Assembly (NCBI GenBank): GCA_020052615.1
Contig: JAGVOT010000101.1
Location: 57,592 to 121,591 of the forward strand
Direction: 5' to 3'
DNA: 64,000 nucleotides
From: Nitrospirota bacterium
GTDB taxonomy: Bacteria; Nitrospirota; UBA9217
Made by a program: the position numbers and the translations under genes. The notes beneath the pieces are model-generated. The model made no database searches. It was not told the DNA's origin and was given only the letters and a program-made list of their open reading frames with translations. Positions 8,545-17,803 of the stretch are shown in pieces (position 1 is the first letter of the stretch; each line of letters opens with the position of its first letter).

Positions 8545-8994
8545 ATGCACAAAGCGACAGAACAATTATCGGTTTATCTGGCAGGGCAAGGGCTCAAGTC
8601 CACGCGGCAGCGAGACAGGATATTGGATGTCTTCGTTTCGGCAGGACGCCACCTCAGCGCAGAGGAGCTGTACCTCCTGATCAGGAAGACCGACAGGAGG
8701 ATCGGTTATGCCACGGTCTACCGGACGCTGAAACTGCTCGCGGGAGCGGGATTGGCCCATGAACGGCGGTTCGAGGACGGCATCACCCGTTTCGAGTATG
8801 ATGCCGCCGAAGGACACCATGACCATCTGATCTGCACCCGTTGCGGCAGGATCATCGAATTCGAGAACGAACAGATCGAGGATCTCCAGCTGCGTGTGGC
8901 GAAGAAGAACAGATTTCAGGTCCAGACCCACAAGCTGGAGCTGTACGGGCTGTGCGAAGGATGTCAATCAAAAAAAGGGAAAACAGAACTCTAG
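8545..8994 (+). CDS. fur: Fur-family metalloregulator.
   Basis: N-terminal winged helix: TRQRDRILDVF...LSAEELYLLI. Metal sites HHDHLICTRCGRIIEF and LCEGCQ (structural CxxC pairs). Confidence 0.85.
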   Translation: MHKATEQLSVYLAGQGLKSTRQRDRILDVFVSAGRHLSAEELYLLIRKTDRRIGYATVYRTLKLLAGAGLAHERRFEDGITRFEYDAAEGHHDHLICTRCGRIIEFENEQIEDLQLRVAKKNRFQVQTHKLELYGLCEGCQSKKGKTEL

Positions 8995-9043
8995 CGGATC
9001 AACAGGTTTCCGCTGAAGGCTTCAGGAAGGGGAAGTTTGACGC

Positions 9044-11029
9044 ATGCATGACCATGGTTCCCAAGAGGGGATGAAGTATCGCGACTCGAACCAGTATAAG
9101 GTCCTTCTGATCGGAAATCCGAACGTGGGCAAGAGCGCCCTGTTCGGACTGCTCACGGGAACGTATGTCACTGTCTCTAATTACCCGGGCACTACGGTGG
9201 AAGTGACCTACGGCAATGCGTGGCTGAACAAGGCGCGCACATTGGTCATCGATACGCCGGGCGTGAACAGCCTGGTCCCCATGTCCGAGGATGAGAAAGT
9301 TACCCGGGACATGCTGCTTTCCGACCGCGCCGATGTGGTTGTCCAGGTCGCCGACACGAAAAATCTTCGACGGGGACTTTTGATCACCCTCCAACTGGCG
9401 GAAATGACGGTACCTTTCATCCTCGACCTCAATATGGATGATGAGGCAAGGAGCCGTGGTATCGTCATCGACCAGGAGAAGCTGTCAGCCCTCCTCGGGA
9501 TTGAGGTGGTCAAGACCGTGGCCATCCGCCGGAGCGGGATCGACAAGCTCCTGAAGGGCGTTCAGCATCCCCGCCCGTCGCAGGTCAAGGTGCAGTATGA
9601 CGCCGCGATCGAGGGCGCGATCAGGGACATCTCGTCCCTTCTCCCGGAGGCCAACATATCGCGGAGGGCGATCGCACTGATGGTGCTTTCGGGAGATGAG
9701 AGCCTCAAGGGATGGCTTCATGCGAACCTGCAGGATCATGTCGTCGCGGACATCGAGGAAATACGCCAGGCGACGCAATCCAAGTTCAATAATTCCCTGG
9801 GTTATCTTATCAACCAGCGCAGGATGAAAAAGGCCGACGAGCTCCTCGACGAGGTGTTGAGCCTCCATGAGGCCGGGAAGGGTTCTGCCATAGCCTTCAA
9901 TGTTGGCCGATGGTCAATGCACCCGGTCTATGGTCTTCCGATCCTCCTTGCGGTCCTGTATCTCGTCTATCAGTTCGTGGGTGTGCTCGGGGCCGGGACG
10001 GCCGTCGGGTTCCTGGAAGAGACGGTGTTCGGTGAGTACCTGAATCCCTGGATGACCAAGATCGTTCACTTCCTGATACCGGTTCCTTTTATTCAGGAAC
10101 TCCTGATAGGGGACTACGGGATCTTCACCATGGCGCTCACGTATGCCATTGCCATTGTCCTGCCGATCGTGGGATTCTTCTTTATCGCCTTCAGCTTGCT
10201 TGAGGACTCGGGTTACCTCCCCCGTCTTGCGGTCATGGTGAACAAGGTATTCAAGATCATGGGACTGAACGGGAAAGCGGTGTTGCCCATGATCCTGGGA
10301 TTGGGATGCGACACCATGGCAACGCTGACCACGCGTATTCTGGAAACCAAGAAGGAGCGCATCCTCGTGACGCTTCTGCTTGCCCTCGGCGTGCCCTGTT
10401 CCGCACAGCTGGGTGTTATCCTCGGGCTGGTCTCGGGGCTTTCGGGTCTGGCCACGTTCATCTGGCTGGGCACCCTGGTTGCCATGATGCTTCTCGTGGG
10501 GTATCTCGCGGCAAAGATCATCCCCGGAGATCCGTCCGATTTTGTTCTTGAACTGCCTCCGATCCGTATCCCTCAATTCAGCAACATCCTGATCAAGACC
10601 CTCGCCCGTGTGCAGTGGTATTTGAAAGAAGCGGTACCGCTGTTCATTCTCGGCACGTTCATCCTGTTCATTGGGCATAAAGTAGGTGCGCTTGCGTATA
10701 TTCAAAAGATCACCGACCCGATCGTGGTGAACTTTCTCGGTTTGCCGAGCCGGGCCGCAGAGGCATTCGTGATCGGGTTCTTGCGCAGGGACTACGGCGC
10801 CGCGGGTCTGTTCATGCTTTCCAGGGAGGGGCTCCTCGACCCGATCCAGATCGTCGTGAGCCTGACGGTGATGACACTATTTGTCCCATGCATCGCGAAC
10901 TTCTTTATGATGGTGAAGGAGCGGGGAACGAGGACCGCCTTGTATATGGCTGCATTCATATTCCCTTTTGCTTTTATAGTGGGTGGGGCCTTGAACTGGC
11001 TCCTCAGAGCGCTTCAGGTAGAGCTATAG
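9044..11029 (+). CDS. feoB: Ferrous iron transporter FeoB (GTPase plus membrane domain). Alternative start at 9071.
   Basis: G-domain motifs LIGNPNVGKSALFGLLTG, VSNYPGTTVE and DTPG. A long polytopic C-terminal membrane domain with Gate motifs follows; 661 aa. Confidence 0.9.
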   Translation: MHDHGSQEGMKYRDSNQYKVLLIGNPNVGKSALFGLLTGTYVTVSNYPGTTVEVTYGNAWLNKARTLVIDTPGVNSLVPMSEDEKVTRDMLLSDRADVVVQVADTKNLRRGLLITLQLAEMTVPFILDLNMDDEARSRGIVIDQEKLSALLGIEVVKTVAIRRSGIDKLLKGVQHPRPSQVKVQYDAAIEGAIRDISSLLPEANISRRAIALMVLSGDESLKGWLHANLQDHVVADIEEIRQATQSKFNNSLGYLINQRRMKKADELLDEVLSLHEAGKGSAIAFNVGRWSMHPVYGLPILLAVLYLVYQFVGVLGAGTAVGFLEETVFGEYLNPWMTKIVHFLIPVPFIQELLIGDYGIFTMALTYAIAIVLPIVGFFFIAFSLLEDSGYLPRLAVMVNKVFKIMGLNGKAVLPMILGLGCDTMATLTTRILETKKERILVTLLLALGVPCSAQLGVILGLVSGLSGLATFIWLGTLVAMMLLVGYLAAKIIPGDPSDFVLELPPIRIPQFSNILIKTLARVQWYLKEAVPLFILGTFILFIGHKVGALAYIQKITDPIVVNFLGLPSRAAEAFVIGFLRRDYGAAGLFMLSREGLLDPIQIVVSLTVMTLFVPCIANFFMMVKERGTRTALYMAAFIFPFAFIVGGALNWLLRALQVEL

Positions 11030-11072
11030 TCGTGCAGACCGTAGACGGACGCGGAGAGAAGGAGGATACAGT

Positions 11073-11780
11073 ATGGCTGAGATCAAGCGGATAATCGGGA
11101 TCGAGGGGCAGGCAGGCCATCCTGCATTGTGCGTCCTGCCGGAGATCGAGAAAGAAGATGAGCTTTTTGAGATCATCTGGACCTTGCGGGAGGACGGAAA
11201 GCTGACCCTGGAGCAGATCGTCCAGAACTGCACCATTTCGGAGTGCGAGAAGATCCTGCAGGATCTTGCGAAGAATGGATGGATCGACCTAAAGGGCCAG
11301 GCCGTGGAACTGCTCCCGAAGGGCGAAAAACGGGCGAGGGAACTCGTGCGGCGGCACCGGCTGTCACTCCGGATGTTCTACGATCTGTTCGCTCTCGACG
11401 GCGCTGAAGCGGAGGCGTGCAAGTTCGAACACATTTTATCGCCCGAGGTCACCGACAGCGTTTGCACCCTTCTCGGTCATCCGCCGAACTCACCCGACGG
11501 CAAGCCCATCCCCCGCGGTGAGTGCTGTGCCATGTTCCGTCAGGAGATGAAGCCTCTCGTAGCACCCCTTGCCGATCTAACACCGGGAGAGCAAGCAAAG
11601 ATCGTGTTCATCACGCCAGGTTCTCATTCGCGCCTCGACCGGCTTTCCGCGATGGGGGTGGTTCCCGGCAGCGTGGTGAAACTGCATCAGAAAAAACCAT
11701 CTTATGTCATCCAGCTAGGCGAGACCATGATCGCTGTTGACAAGGATATTACGAAAGAGATCTTCGTAAAAAAAATATGA
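11073..11780 (+). CDS. DtxR/MntR-family metal-dependent repressor with a C-terminal FeoA (SH3-like) domain.
   Basis: HTH: LTLEQIVQNCTISECEKILQDLAKNGWI. Metal-binding/dimerisation helix RRHRLSLRMFYDLF. C-terminal FeoA-like LADLTPGEQAKIVFITPGSHSRLDRLSAMGVVPGSVVKLHQKKPSYVIQLGETMIAVDKDIT. RBS AGGAGGA upstream. Confidence 0.7.
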   Translation: MAEIKRIIGIEGQAGHPALCVLPEIEKEDELFEIIWTLREDGKLTLEQIVQNCTISECEKILQDLAKNGWIDLKGQAVELLPKGEKRARELVRRHRLSLRMFYDLFALDGAEAEACKFEHILSPEVTDSVCTLLGHPPNSPDGKPIPRGECCAMFRQEMKPLVAPLADLTPGEQAKIVFITPGSHSRLDRLSAMGVVPGSVVKLHQKKPSYVIQLGETMIAVDKDITKEIFVKKI

Positions 11781-11897
11781 GCAGATGCCGCAGCCGGTTC
11801 ATTGCCTGCCCGAAGACACGCTGATCAGCGTCTGTTGCCGCTGATCGCCCGGCATGACCGTCGAGGAAATATCGATTGACAGAGTCATCGACAAATC

Positions 11898-11925
11898 TTG
11901 ACAATCAGTAAGGCTTGGGTATACT
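11898..11925 (+). promoter_or_regulatory. Sigma70-like promoter: -35 TTGACA (11898-11903), -10 TATACT (11920-11925).
   Basis: Consensus hexamers with a 16-nt spacer upstream of the response-regulator gene. Preceded by a 14-nt perfect palindrome ACGCTGATCAGCGT (~11818-11831). Confidence 0.4.
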
Positions 11926-12021
11926 TAGGTCGTTGTCCATATCCATGACAAAAACTCTTTTGTTTCGGAGTATTTCGCACCTCAACGAAGATCATGACAT
12001 GTGCGGGGTGAAGAAGAACCC

Positions 12022-12426
12022 ATGAGAACGATACTTCTCGTAGATGATGAGATAGAGATAGTAAAAAGCCTGGGAGAGATCCTGAACAGGTTCGGGTATG
12101 CCGTTATTGCCAGAACGGATGCCCAGGCAGCACTTGCCGTTGTCCGGGAAGGCGCAAAGATCGACCTTGTCATCACTGATTACCGGATGCCGGACATGGA
12201 TGGGCTCGAATTCCTGAATGTGTTGAGGCAGATGAATGCTACAGTACCGGTGATCGTTCTGACCGCCTATGGCGCGGTAGAATCATACCTGAAATCGCTG
12301 AGCCTCGGCGTGTATGAATATATCAACAAGCCGATCAAGGCAAAAGAACTGGGCAGGCTCGTCCAGGCGGCGATCGACGCTTCGGAACGGAACGATCCGA
12401 CCGTGGATCAATCTGCGGACAGCTAG
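12022..12426 (+). CDS. Stand-alone response-regulator receiver (CheY-like).
   Basis: MRTILLVDDEIEIVKSL...DLVITDYRMPDMDGLEFL...VIVLTAYG...YINKPIKAKEL. Phospho-acceptor Asp and conserved T/K are present; there is no output domain. Confidence 0.8.
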   Translation: MRTILLVDDEIEIVKSLGEILNRFGYAVIARTDAQAALAVVREGAKIDLVITDYRMPDMDGLEFLNVLRQMNATVPVIVLTAYGAVESYLKSLSLGVYEYINKPIKAKELGRLVQAAIDASERNDPTVDQSADS

Positions 12427-12536
12427 GCGACGAGTTATTCTTTGCCCACGGACACCGAGCAGGTACCGTTGCATAACACAGACTGGATTCCTCCCGCTGT
12501 TGATAAAAAATATCTATTGAGGTTAAATGGCGCTCT

Positions 12537-13067
12537 ATGAACGTACAATCGTCAGGCTTTAATTTGTATGATGCCCTTCTTCTGATTGGGCTGGAAGGAC
12601 GAACGGGAGAACTGGTCGTTGAGTCAGGGAACAATATCGGCTCACTGCTCTTTCACGAGGGCAGGATCCTTCTGGCATTTTCCCCCTATACGCGTGCCAT
12701 CGGCGATCTTCTGGTAGAGCAGGAAGTGTTGACCGATGCTGAACTGCTGGAAGTGCTGAAACAGCAGATGACCGGTCCCCATACGCCGGTAGGGACGCTT
12801 CTTCTCAAGACCGGCAAGGTCACTTTTCCGCTGATCGAAAAGATGGTCCAGGAGCAGATCCGCAAGGCGATAATGGATTTCAGCATATGGGATCCGCTCG
12901 ATTTTAGTTTCAACGATAAGGATGTTCAGCCGTTTGATTCGATCCATCTGCCGGTCTATGAGTTCATTCCTGCCAATGTCATAAATGCCGCCCTGGTCTT
13001 TGTTGCGGGCCTGTCGAACATTGATGGTCATTCAGTTCAGTCACACATGGCGGACCGAAAATCCTGA
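12537..13067 (+). CDS. DUF4388-like domain protein, a family associated with receiver domains.
   Basis: YDALLLIGLEGRTGELVVESGNNIGSLLFHEGRILLAFSP...AIGDLLVEQEVLTDAELLEVL matches the DUF4388 pattern recalled from PATAN-type response regulators. It lies immediately downstream of a single-domain REC gene. Confidence 0.4.
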   Translation: MNVQSSGFNLYDALLLIGLEGRTGELVVESGNNIGSLLFHEGRILLAFSPYTRAIGDLLVEQEVLTDAELLEVLKQQMTGPHTPVGTLLLKTGKVTFPLIEKMVQEQIRKAIMDFSIWDPLDFSFNDKDVQPFDSIHLPVYEFIPANVINAALVFVAGLSNIDGHSVQSHMADRKS

Positions 13068-13085
13068 TCTCGCCCGATACCTCGA

Positions 13086-13628
13086 TCATCGGCCCAACCG
13101 GGACCGCAAGTGCTTTCTCGCCTCAGTGAACAATCTCAAGCAGGGTTCTGTTCGGAAATCAGGATAGGTATGCTCGACAGGCTGGAAACTTCTGCTGTCC
13201 TTGTGGTAGTGGAGGGTCGATTCGGCGTAGATGCTTTCGCCGATGTATATCCGGTGGGGAAAGTCCTTCGTCGTCGCAAGGACAACCTTTGCCTCGGTCA
13301 GATAACCCGGATCAAGGTTGATCCTCCGTCGAGTTCCTGCCGATGACGGTTCAGAATAGGTCGCCTCGATCCTGATGGCATGGTGCTTTACTGCGGAGAG
13401 CAGTCCAGGATCGACCAGAGCATCGAAAAAAATGAACGACCTGAGCAGCCCCGACCCCATTTCTGCCTGATAATAATCCGAATGGTCCCAGGGAAGAACA
13501 ATGTTCACGAGATCAACGGGTCCGTATTCCTGAGCGAACAGCCGGGTGCATTCCGTGAACAGTTCCGGTTCGCGGGTGATCATGCCGAGGAACAGCTTGA
13601 CAGGTAGCGGAGCGTGGAAATTACCCAT
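13086..13628 (-). CDS. Conserved hypothetical cytoplasmic protein (possibly DUF4416 family).
   Basis: Start set at MGNFHAPLPVKLFLGMITREPELF (CAT at 13626-13628). The track ORF extends further upstream but that part overlaps the preceding gene. No signal peptide. Confidence 0.35.
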   Translation of the reverse strand: MGNFHAPLPVKLFLGMITREPELFTECTRLFAQEYGPVDLVNIVLPWDHSDYYQAEMGSGLLRSFIFFDALVDPGLLSAVKHHAIRIEATYSEPSSAGTRRRINLDPGYLTEAKVVLATTKDFPHRIYIGESIYAESTLHYHKDSRSFQPVEHTYPDFRTEPCLRLFTEARKHLRSRLGR

Positions 13629-13638
13629 GCGAGCCCAT

Positions 13639-14550
13639 TTACGGTTGCAGATGGGATGACAAACCGCCCGGTCCGGTGAGCGGCAGTTCCAGTTCGACCT
13701 CGATCTTTCCACCGTCCATGTCTCGCTCCGCAGCCATCCGGTACCCCTGCAGATAGCCCTGGAGCTTTTGCGTATAGGTCTTTTCCCCGAGCGCGGTGAT
13801 AAACTTCTGGTCCGGCCCAACCGTGATCAGTTCTATGATCCTGAGCAGATTGCGCTCTGCATCGGCGACTGCGGCACGCTTGGCCATTTCCCGCTTCACG
13901 GTAGGCGTGGGGGCCTGTTTGGGAGGAAGGCCGATCCCTCGCGCCCGGATCTTTCTTGCGTTCCAGTCAACCCCCTCGATCGCTGTGATATACAGCAGTC
14001 GGATGTCGCGGGTCGCCCGCTGGTCATCGGAAACGCTTATTGCGACGGAATCATCGGCATATCCCGGAGAAGTGACCTGAATGTCATAGCTTCCCGCAGG
14101 AATGCCTTCGAACTCATACCTGCCTTCGCTTGAGGCATTGACCGAGGCCCGTTCCACACCTTCGGCGAAGAGCGCCACGCGTGTTCCCGGGGCGGCTGCT
14201 TTAATGGTGCCGGTTATCACCGCAGATCCTTTAGAAGGGACAAGCATGATGGGCGCCAGCGATGTCGTCTCCGCGGGTTTCACGACGATGCCCGAAAGAG
14301 CAAGGGGAAAGGGGGATGAGGGAGCGGTCACTTTGATATCATAGGCGCCTGCCGGTAGTGCTGCTCTGAATTTCCCGTCCTGCGCGTTCACCTCAATCAA
14401 CGCAGCGGTCTTGCCTTGCTGCATCACGGCGATGTGTATCCCTGCGGATGGCGGGACGACAGCGCCCTCGATCGCTCCTTCCTTTTGAGCGGGGCAGGCG
14501 GTCAGTGAAACAAGCAGAAAGATAGAACAGCAGATGGAAAAAGGACGCAT
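13639..14550 (-). CDS. Lipoprotein: two carboxypeptidase-regulatory-like domains followed by a C-terminal LPP20-like domain (paralog C).
   Basis: MRPFSICCSIFLLVSLTACPAQ has a lipobox (LTAC). An RBS GGGAGGT sits 5 nt upstream. CarbopepD_reg-like: GAIEGAVVPPSAGIHIAVM...GAYDIKV, ITGTIKAAAPGTRVALF...GSYDIQV. LPP20-like: ARGIGLPPKQAPTPTVKREMAKRAAVADAERNLLRIIELI. Confidence 0.55.
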   Translation of the reverse strand: MRPFSICCSIFLLVSLTACPAQKEGAIEGAVVPPSAGIHIAVMQQGKTAALIEVNAQDGKFRAALPAGAYDIKVTAPSSPFPLALSGIVVKPAETTSLAPIMLVPSKGSAVITGTIKAAAPGTRVALFAEGVERASVNASSEGRYEFEGIPAGSYDIQVTSPGYADDSVAISVSDDQRATRDIRLLYITAIEGVDWNARKIRARGIGLPPKQAPTPTVKREMAKRAAVADAERNLLRIIELITVGPDQKFITALGEKTYTQKLQGYLQGYRMAAERDMDGGKIEVELELPLTGPGGLSSHLQP

Positions 14551-14654
14551 GGTTACCTCCCGGTTCAGTATGCGCATCAGTATAGCACAAATCATCAGCT
14601 GCGGTCATCCTCCTGCCGGATGTTTACCGGATAAATGTCATCCCGTATATTCAC

Positions 14655-14682
14655 TTGACAATATCGCGTGGTTTGCTATAGT
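14655..14682 (+). promoter_or_regulatory. Sigma70-like promoter producing a leaderless rrf2 mRNA: -35 TTGACA (14655-14660), -10 TATAGT (14677-14682).
   Basis: Only 6 nt separate the -10 and the ATG at 14689, and there is no RBS. Confidence 0.5.
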
Positions 14683-14688
14683 TTAACA

Positions 14689-15096
14689 ATGCAACTTACC
14701 CGGGAAGGCGATTATGGCATCCGCAGCGTTCTGTATCTGGCGCGTCAGCCCTACAAGAAGATCAGTTTTGTCGCCGAGATATCAGAACAATACAAGATCC
14801 CCCGCAGTTTTCTCGCAAAGATACTCCAGAAACTGGTAAAAGCGAAGATCGTCCGCTCCTATCGGGGCGTAAAAGGCGGCTTTTCCCTCGCTCGCCAGGC
14901 GAAGGACATCTCCGTTCTTGACGTTCTGGAGGCCATTGAGGGAAAAATGGCCTTGAACCTGTGCCTGTCCGATAAAAAGAATTGCGATTTCTCCCGCAAT
15001 TGCCCGGTCCATTCGGTGTGGGCAAGCGTTCAGTCAAAGGTCGTCGAGGTTTTGAAAAAGTCCAACTTCGAGGAACTTTCACGCCAGAAGAATTAA
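14689..15096 (+). CDS. Rrf2-family Fe-S transcriptional regulator (NsrR/IscR-like, three-Cys ligand set).
   Basis: HTH: GIRSVLYLARQPYKKISFVAEISEQYKIPRSFLAKILQKL. Cluster-ligand motif CLSDKKNCDFSRNCP. It sits directly upstream of ccoN. Confidence 0.8.
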   Translation: MQLTREGDYGIRSVLYLARQPYKKISFVAEISEQYKIPRSFLAKILQKLVKAKIVRSYRGVKGGFSLARQAKDISVLDVLEAIEGKMALNLCLSDKKNCDFSRNCPVHSVWASVQSKVVEVLKKSNFEELSRQKN

Positions 15097-15141
15097 ATCG
15101 ATTTAATTCTCCATTCATCTCACGGTACGAGGAACCAGCAT

Positions 15142-16539
15142 ATGGCGAACGAGATCAGGTACGAGTACGACGCGGTAAAAGGATTTGCACTTTCATCGCT
15201 CTTCTGGGCGATCGTGGGACTGCTCGTAGGGGTCCTCATTTCGCTCCAGCTTGTCTATCCGCAGCTCAATCTCACCTCATGGCTGACCTACGGAAGACTG
15301 CGTCCGGTCCATACGAACGCATTGATCTACGGATTCACGGTTCCTGCGGCCTTCAGCCTATTTTTTTATCTTGTTCAGCGCCTGGGGCGGGTCCCGCTTG
15401 CCTATCCCGGACTGGCGCGGTTCACGCTGTACCTGTTCAATGTCGCCATTGTTCTGGCAGCCCTGTCCCTGTTCGCCGGCATGAGCCAGAGCAAGGAATA
15501 TTCTGAGCTTGAATGGCCGCTTGACATAGGCGTTGTTATCCTGTGGGTCCTGTTCTCGATCAACATCATCGCTACGATCATGAAGCGGAAGGAAGAGCAG
15601 ATGTACGTGTCGCTCTGGTATATTCTCGCTACCGTGGTCGGCGTGGCGATCGTCTATATCGGCAACAACATTGCGGTCCCCGTGTCCCTGTTCAAGTCCT
15701 ATTCGGCATATGCGGGCGCCAATGATGCCAATGTGCAGTGGTGGTTCGGTCACAATGCCGTTGCGTTCGTGTTCACCACCATCCCCCTCGCTATTTTCTA
15801 TTACATTCTACCGAAGTCATCGGGAGCGCCGCTCTACAGCCACCGCCTCTCCATCGTCGGTTTCTGGTCGCTCGTATTCGCTTACCTCTGGACCGGCGCG
15901 CACCACCTGGTATACACGCCGCTGCCCGATTGGATCCAGACCGTCGCGATCGCCTTCAGCATTTTTCTCATTGCGCCATCCTGGGCATCGGTGATAAACG
16001 GGTATGGGACCCTGAAGGGCCAGTGGGAGCAGATGCGGAGCAATTATCTCGTCAAGTTCATTATTCTGGGGATAACATTCTACGGCCTCCAGACCATTCA
16101 GGGGCCAAGTCAGGCGATCCGGGCGTTCAGCGCGCTCATCCATTATACCGATTGGGTGCCTGGTCATGTACACATGGGCACCATGGGGTGGGTGACCATG
16201 ACCGTGTCAGCAGGGTTCTACTACATGCTTCCGCGTATCTATAATACCGAGCTCTACAGCATTAAGCTCGCGAACCTGCACTTCTGGCTTGTCCTGGTCG
16301 GTCAGCTGATCTACTCGGTGACCATGTGGATCACGGGCATCCGGCAGGGCGCCATGTGGCAGGCAGTGGACAATGACGGAGCTCTGGTCTATGCGAACTT
16401 CATTCATACCCTGACGCCGAATTATCCATTTTGGAACATGAGAACGCTCGGCGGCGTCATTTTCTTTGCCGGCTTCCTGGTGTTCGTGTACAACATCCTG
16501 AAGACCATTCGCAATGCTCCGGCCGCACGCCAGGCGTAG
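15142..16539 (+). CDS. ccoN: cbb3-type cytochrome c oxidase subunit I.
   Basis: 12-TM haem-copper oxidase: YGRLRPVHTNALIYGF, WWFGHNAVAFVFT, HHLVYTP, HYTDWVPGHVHMG (His ligands). Confidence 0.9.
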   Translation: MANEIRYEYDAVKGFALSSLFWAIVGLLVGVLISLQLVYPQLNLTSWLTYGRLRPVHTNALIYGFTVPAAFSLFFYLVQRLGRVPLAYPGLARFTLYLFNVAIVLAALSLFAGMSQSKEYSELEWPLDIGVVILWVLFSINIIATIMKRKEEQMYVSLWYILATVVGVAIVYIGNNIAVPVSLFKSYSAYAGANDANVQWWFGHNAVAFVFTTIPLAIFYYILPKSSGAPLYSHRLSIVGFWSLVFAYLWTGAHHLVYTPLPDWIQTVAIAFSIFLIAPSWASVINGYGTLKGQWEQMRSNYLVKFIILGITFYGLQTIQGPSQAIRAFSALIHYTDWVPGHVHMGTMGWVTMTVSAGFYYMLPRIYNTELYSIKLANLHFWLVLVGQLIYSVTMWITGIRQGAMWQAVDNDGALVYANFIHTLTPNYPFWNMRTLGGVIFFAGFLVFVYNILKTIRNAPAARQA

Positions 16540-16568
16540 CAGGACCGGACCATGAGTAGGAGACGAAG

Positions 16569-17141
16569 ATGAGCATCGATAAAAGACCCGTGACTTTCAT
16601 GCTGCTCGCTGTCCTGGCGATCATGGTGGGCACGCTCCTGACAACGTTCATTCCGCTCTTTGTCGGGACCGTCGTTCCTGCAACGGACAAGGTCGTTCCG
16701 TACAAGCCGCTTGAGGTTGAGGGCAGGGATATCTATATCCGGGAAGGGTGCAATAATTGTCATTCCCAGATCGTCCGTCCGCTTCCTTTTGAAACGGCCC
16801 GGTACGGCCCGCCATCTACCCTGGAAGAGTCAGCAATCGACCGGCCCCATCTCTGGGGGTCCAGGCGGACGGGACCGGACCTGGCGCGGGTCGGTAAAAA
16901 ATACCCCGCGGCCTGGCACTACCTGCACATGAAGAGCCCCCAGAGCATGTATCCTCAATCGAACATGCCGGCATATGCCTGGCTCGCCGACGCCAAGCTG
17001 GACAGTCGCGATGGAGAGAAGAAAATGAAGGTCCTGGGATATCCCTATACGTCCGAAGAGATCAACGCGCTTGAAGGCAAGACGGAGATGGATGCTCTGG
17101 TGGCTTACCTGCTGCGTCTGGGCAAGGAGATGAAACCGTAA
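16569..17141 (+). CDS. ccoO: cbb3 oxidase subunit II (monohaem cytochrome c).
   Basis: N-terminal TM, then GRDIYIREGCNNCHSQIVRP (CXXCH plus the typical CcoO context). Confidence 0.85.
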   Translation: MSIDKRPVTFMLLAVLAIMVGTLLTTFIPLFVGTVVPATDKVVPYKPLEVEGRDIYIREGCNNCHSQIVRPLPFETARYGPPSTLEESAIDRPHLWGSRRTGPDLARVGKKYPAAWHYLHMKSPQSMYPQSNMPAYAWLADAKLDSRDGEKKMKVLGYPYTSEEINALEGKTEMDALVAYLLRLGKEMKP

Positions 17142-17142
17142 C

Positions 17143-17286
17143 ATGACATTCAAGGCGTGGCTTTATTTCGGGTTCACGGTGGTCCTGGCGCTGGTCCTTG
17201 CCGGTCTTATGGTCTATTTCTTCCGCAGCAAGCGCAAGGACCGTGTGGAGTCGCCAAAGTATCGTATGCTGGAAGATGACGAATAA
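17143..17286 (+). CDS. ccoQ: cbb3 oxidase small subunit CcoQ/FixQ-like (47 aa); not in the supplied ORF track.
   Basis: MTFKAWLYFGFTVVLALVLAGLMVYFFRSKRKDRVESPKYRMLEDDE: one TM plus a basic/acidic tail. It starts 2 nt after the ccoO stop. Confidence 0.5.
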   Translation: MTFKAWLYFGFTVVLALVLAGLMVYFFRSKRKDRVESPKYRMLEDDE

Positions 17287-17317
17287 CCTCTGATTCAGCA
17301 TCAACAGGAGATGAACC

Positions 17318-17797
17318 ATGGGAGAATTCGACGGGATCAAGGAACGGGAAGCGGGAAAAAAGAAAATGCCTCTTGGCATGGCGGTCCTTTTCATGGCGCT
17401 GATCCTCTTTGGCATTATCTATTCGTACCGGTATATGCCGCAAACGACGGGGTGGACCCAGGCCGGACAATACGAGCACCGGATGGAGCAGCTCAAAAAG
17501 GCGGTCATCACCCATGAGGTGCAGGAGGTTGCCTCCGGCGCGGCCGAAGGGGGCAAGGCGGACAAGGGGCCTGATATTTACAAGTCGGACTGCGCCATGT
17601 GCCACGGTGATAATCTCGAAGGCGGGATCGGTCCGGCGCTCACAGGACCCAAGTTCATCTATGGCGGTACCCTTGCCGACCATGTCCGCGTTATAGCAGA
17701 CGGCACGCCGAACGGGATGCCTGGCTTCGGAAAACAGCTTGGAGCCGAAAAGGTCCGCGCTGTTGCTCATTACGTCTACTTCCGTCATACCAAGTAG
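17318..17797 (+). CDS. ccoP: CcoP-like membrane-anchored monohaem c-type cytochrome (cbb3 subunit III homologue with one haem instead of two).
   Basis: FixP-type N-terminus: GEFDGIKEREAGKKKMPLGMAVLF. Single CAMCHGDNLEGGIGPAL. RBS AGGAG upstream. Confidence 0.65.
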   Translation: MGEFDGIKEREAGKKKMPLGMAVLFMALILFGIIYSYRYMPQTTGWTQAGQYEHRMEQLKKAVITHEVQEVASGAAEGGKADKGPDIYKSDCAMCHGDNLEGGIGPALTGPKFIYGGTLADHVRVIADGTPNGMPGFGKQLGAEKVRAVAHYVYFRHTK

Positions 17798-17803
17798 GCA
17801 GGT

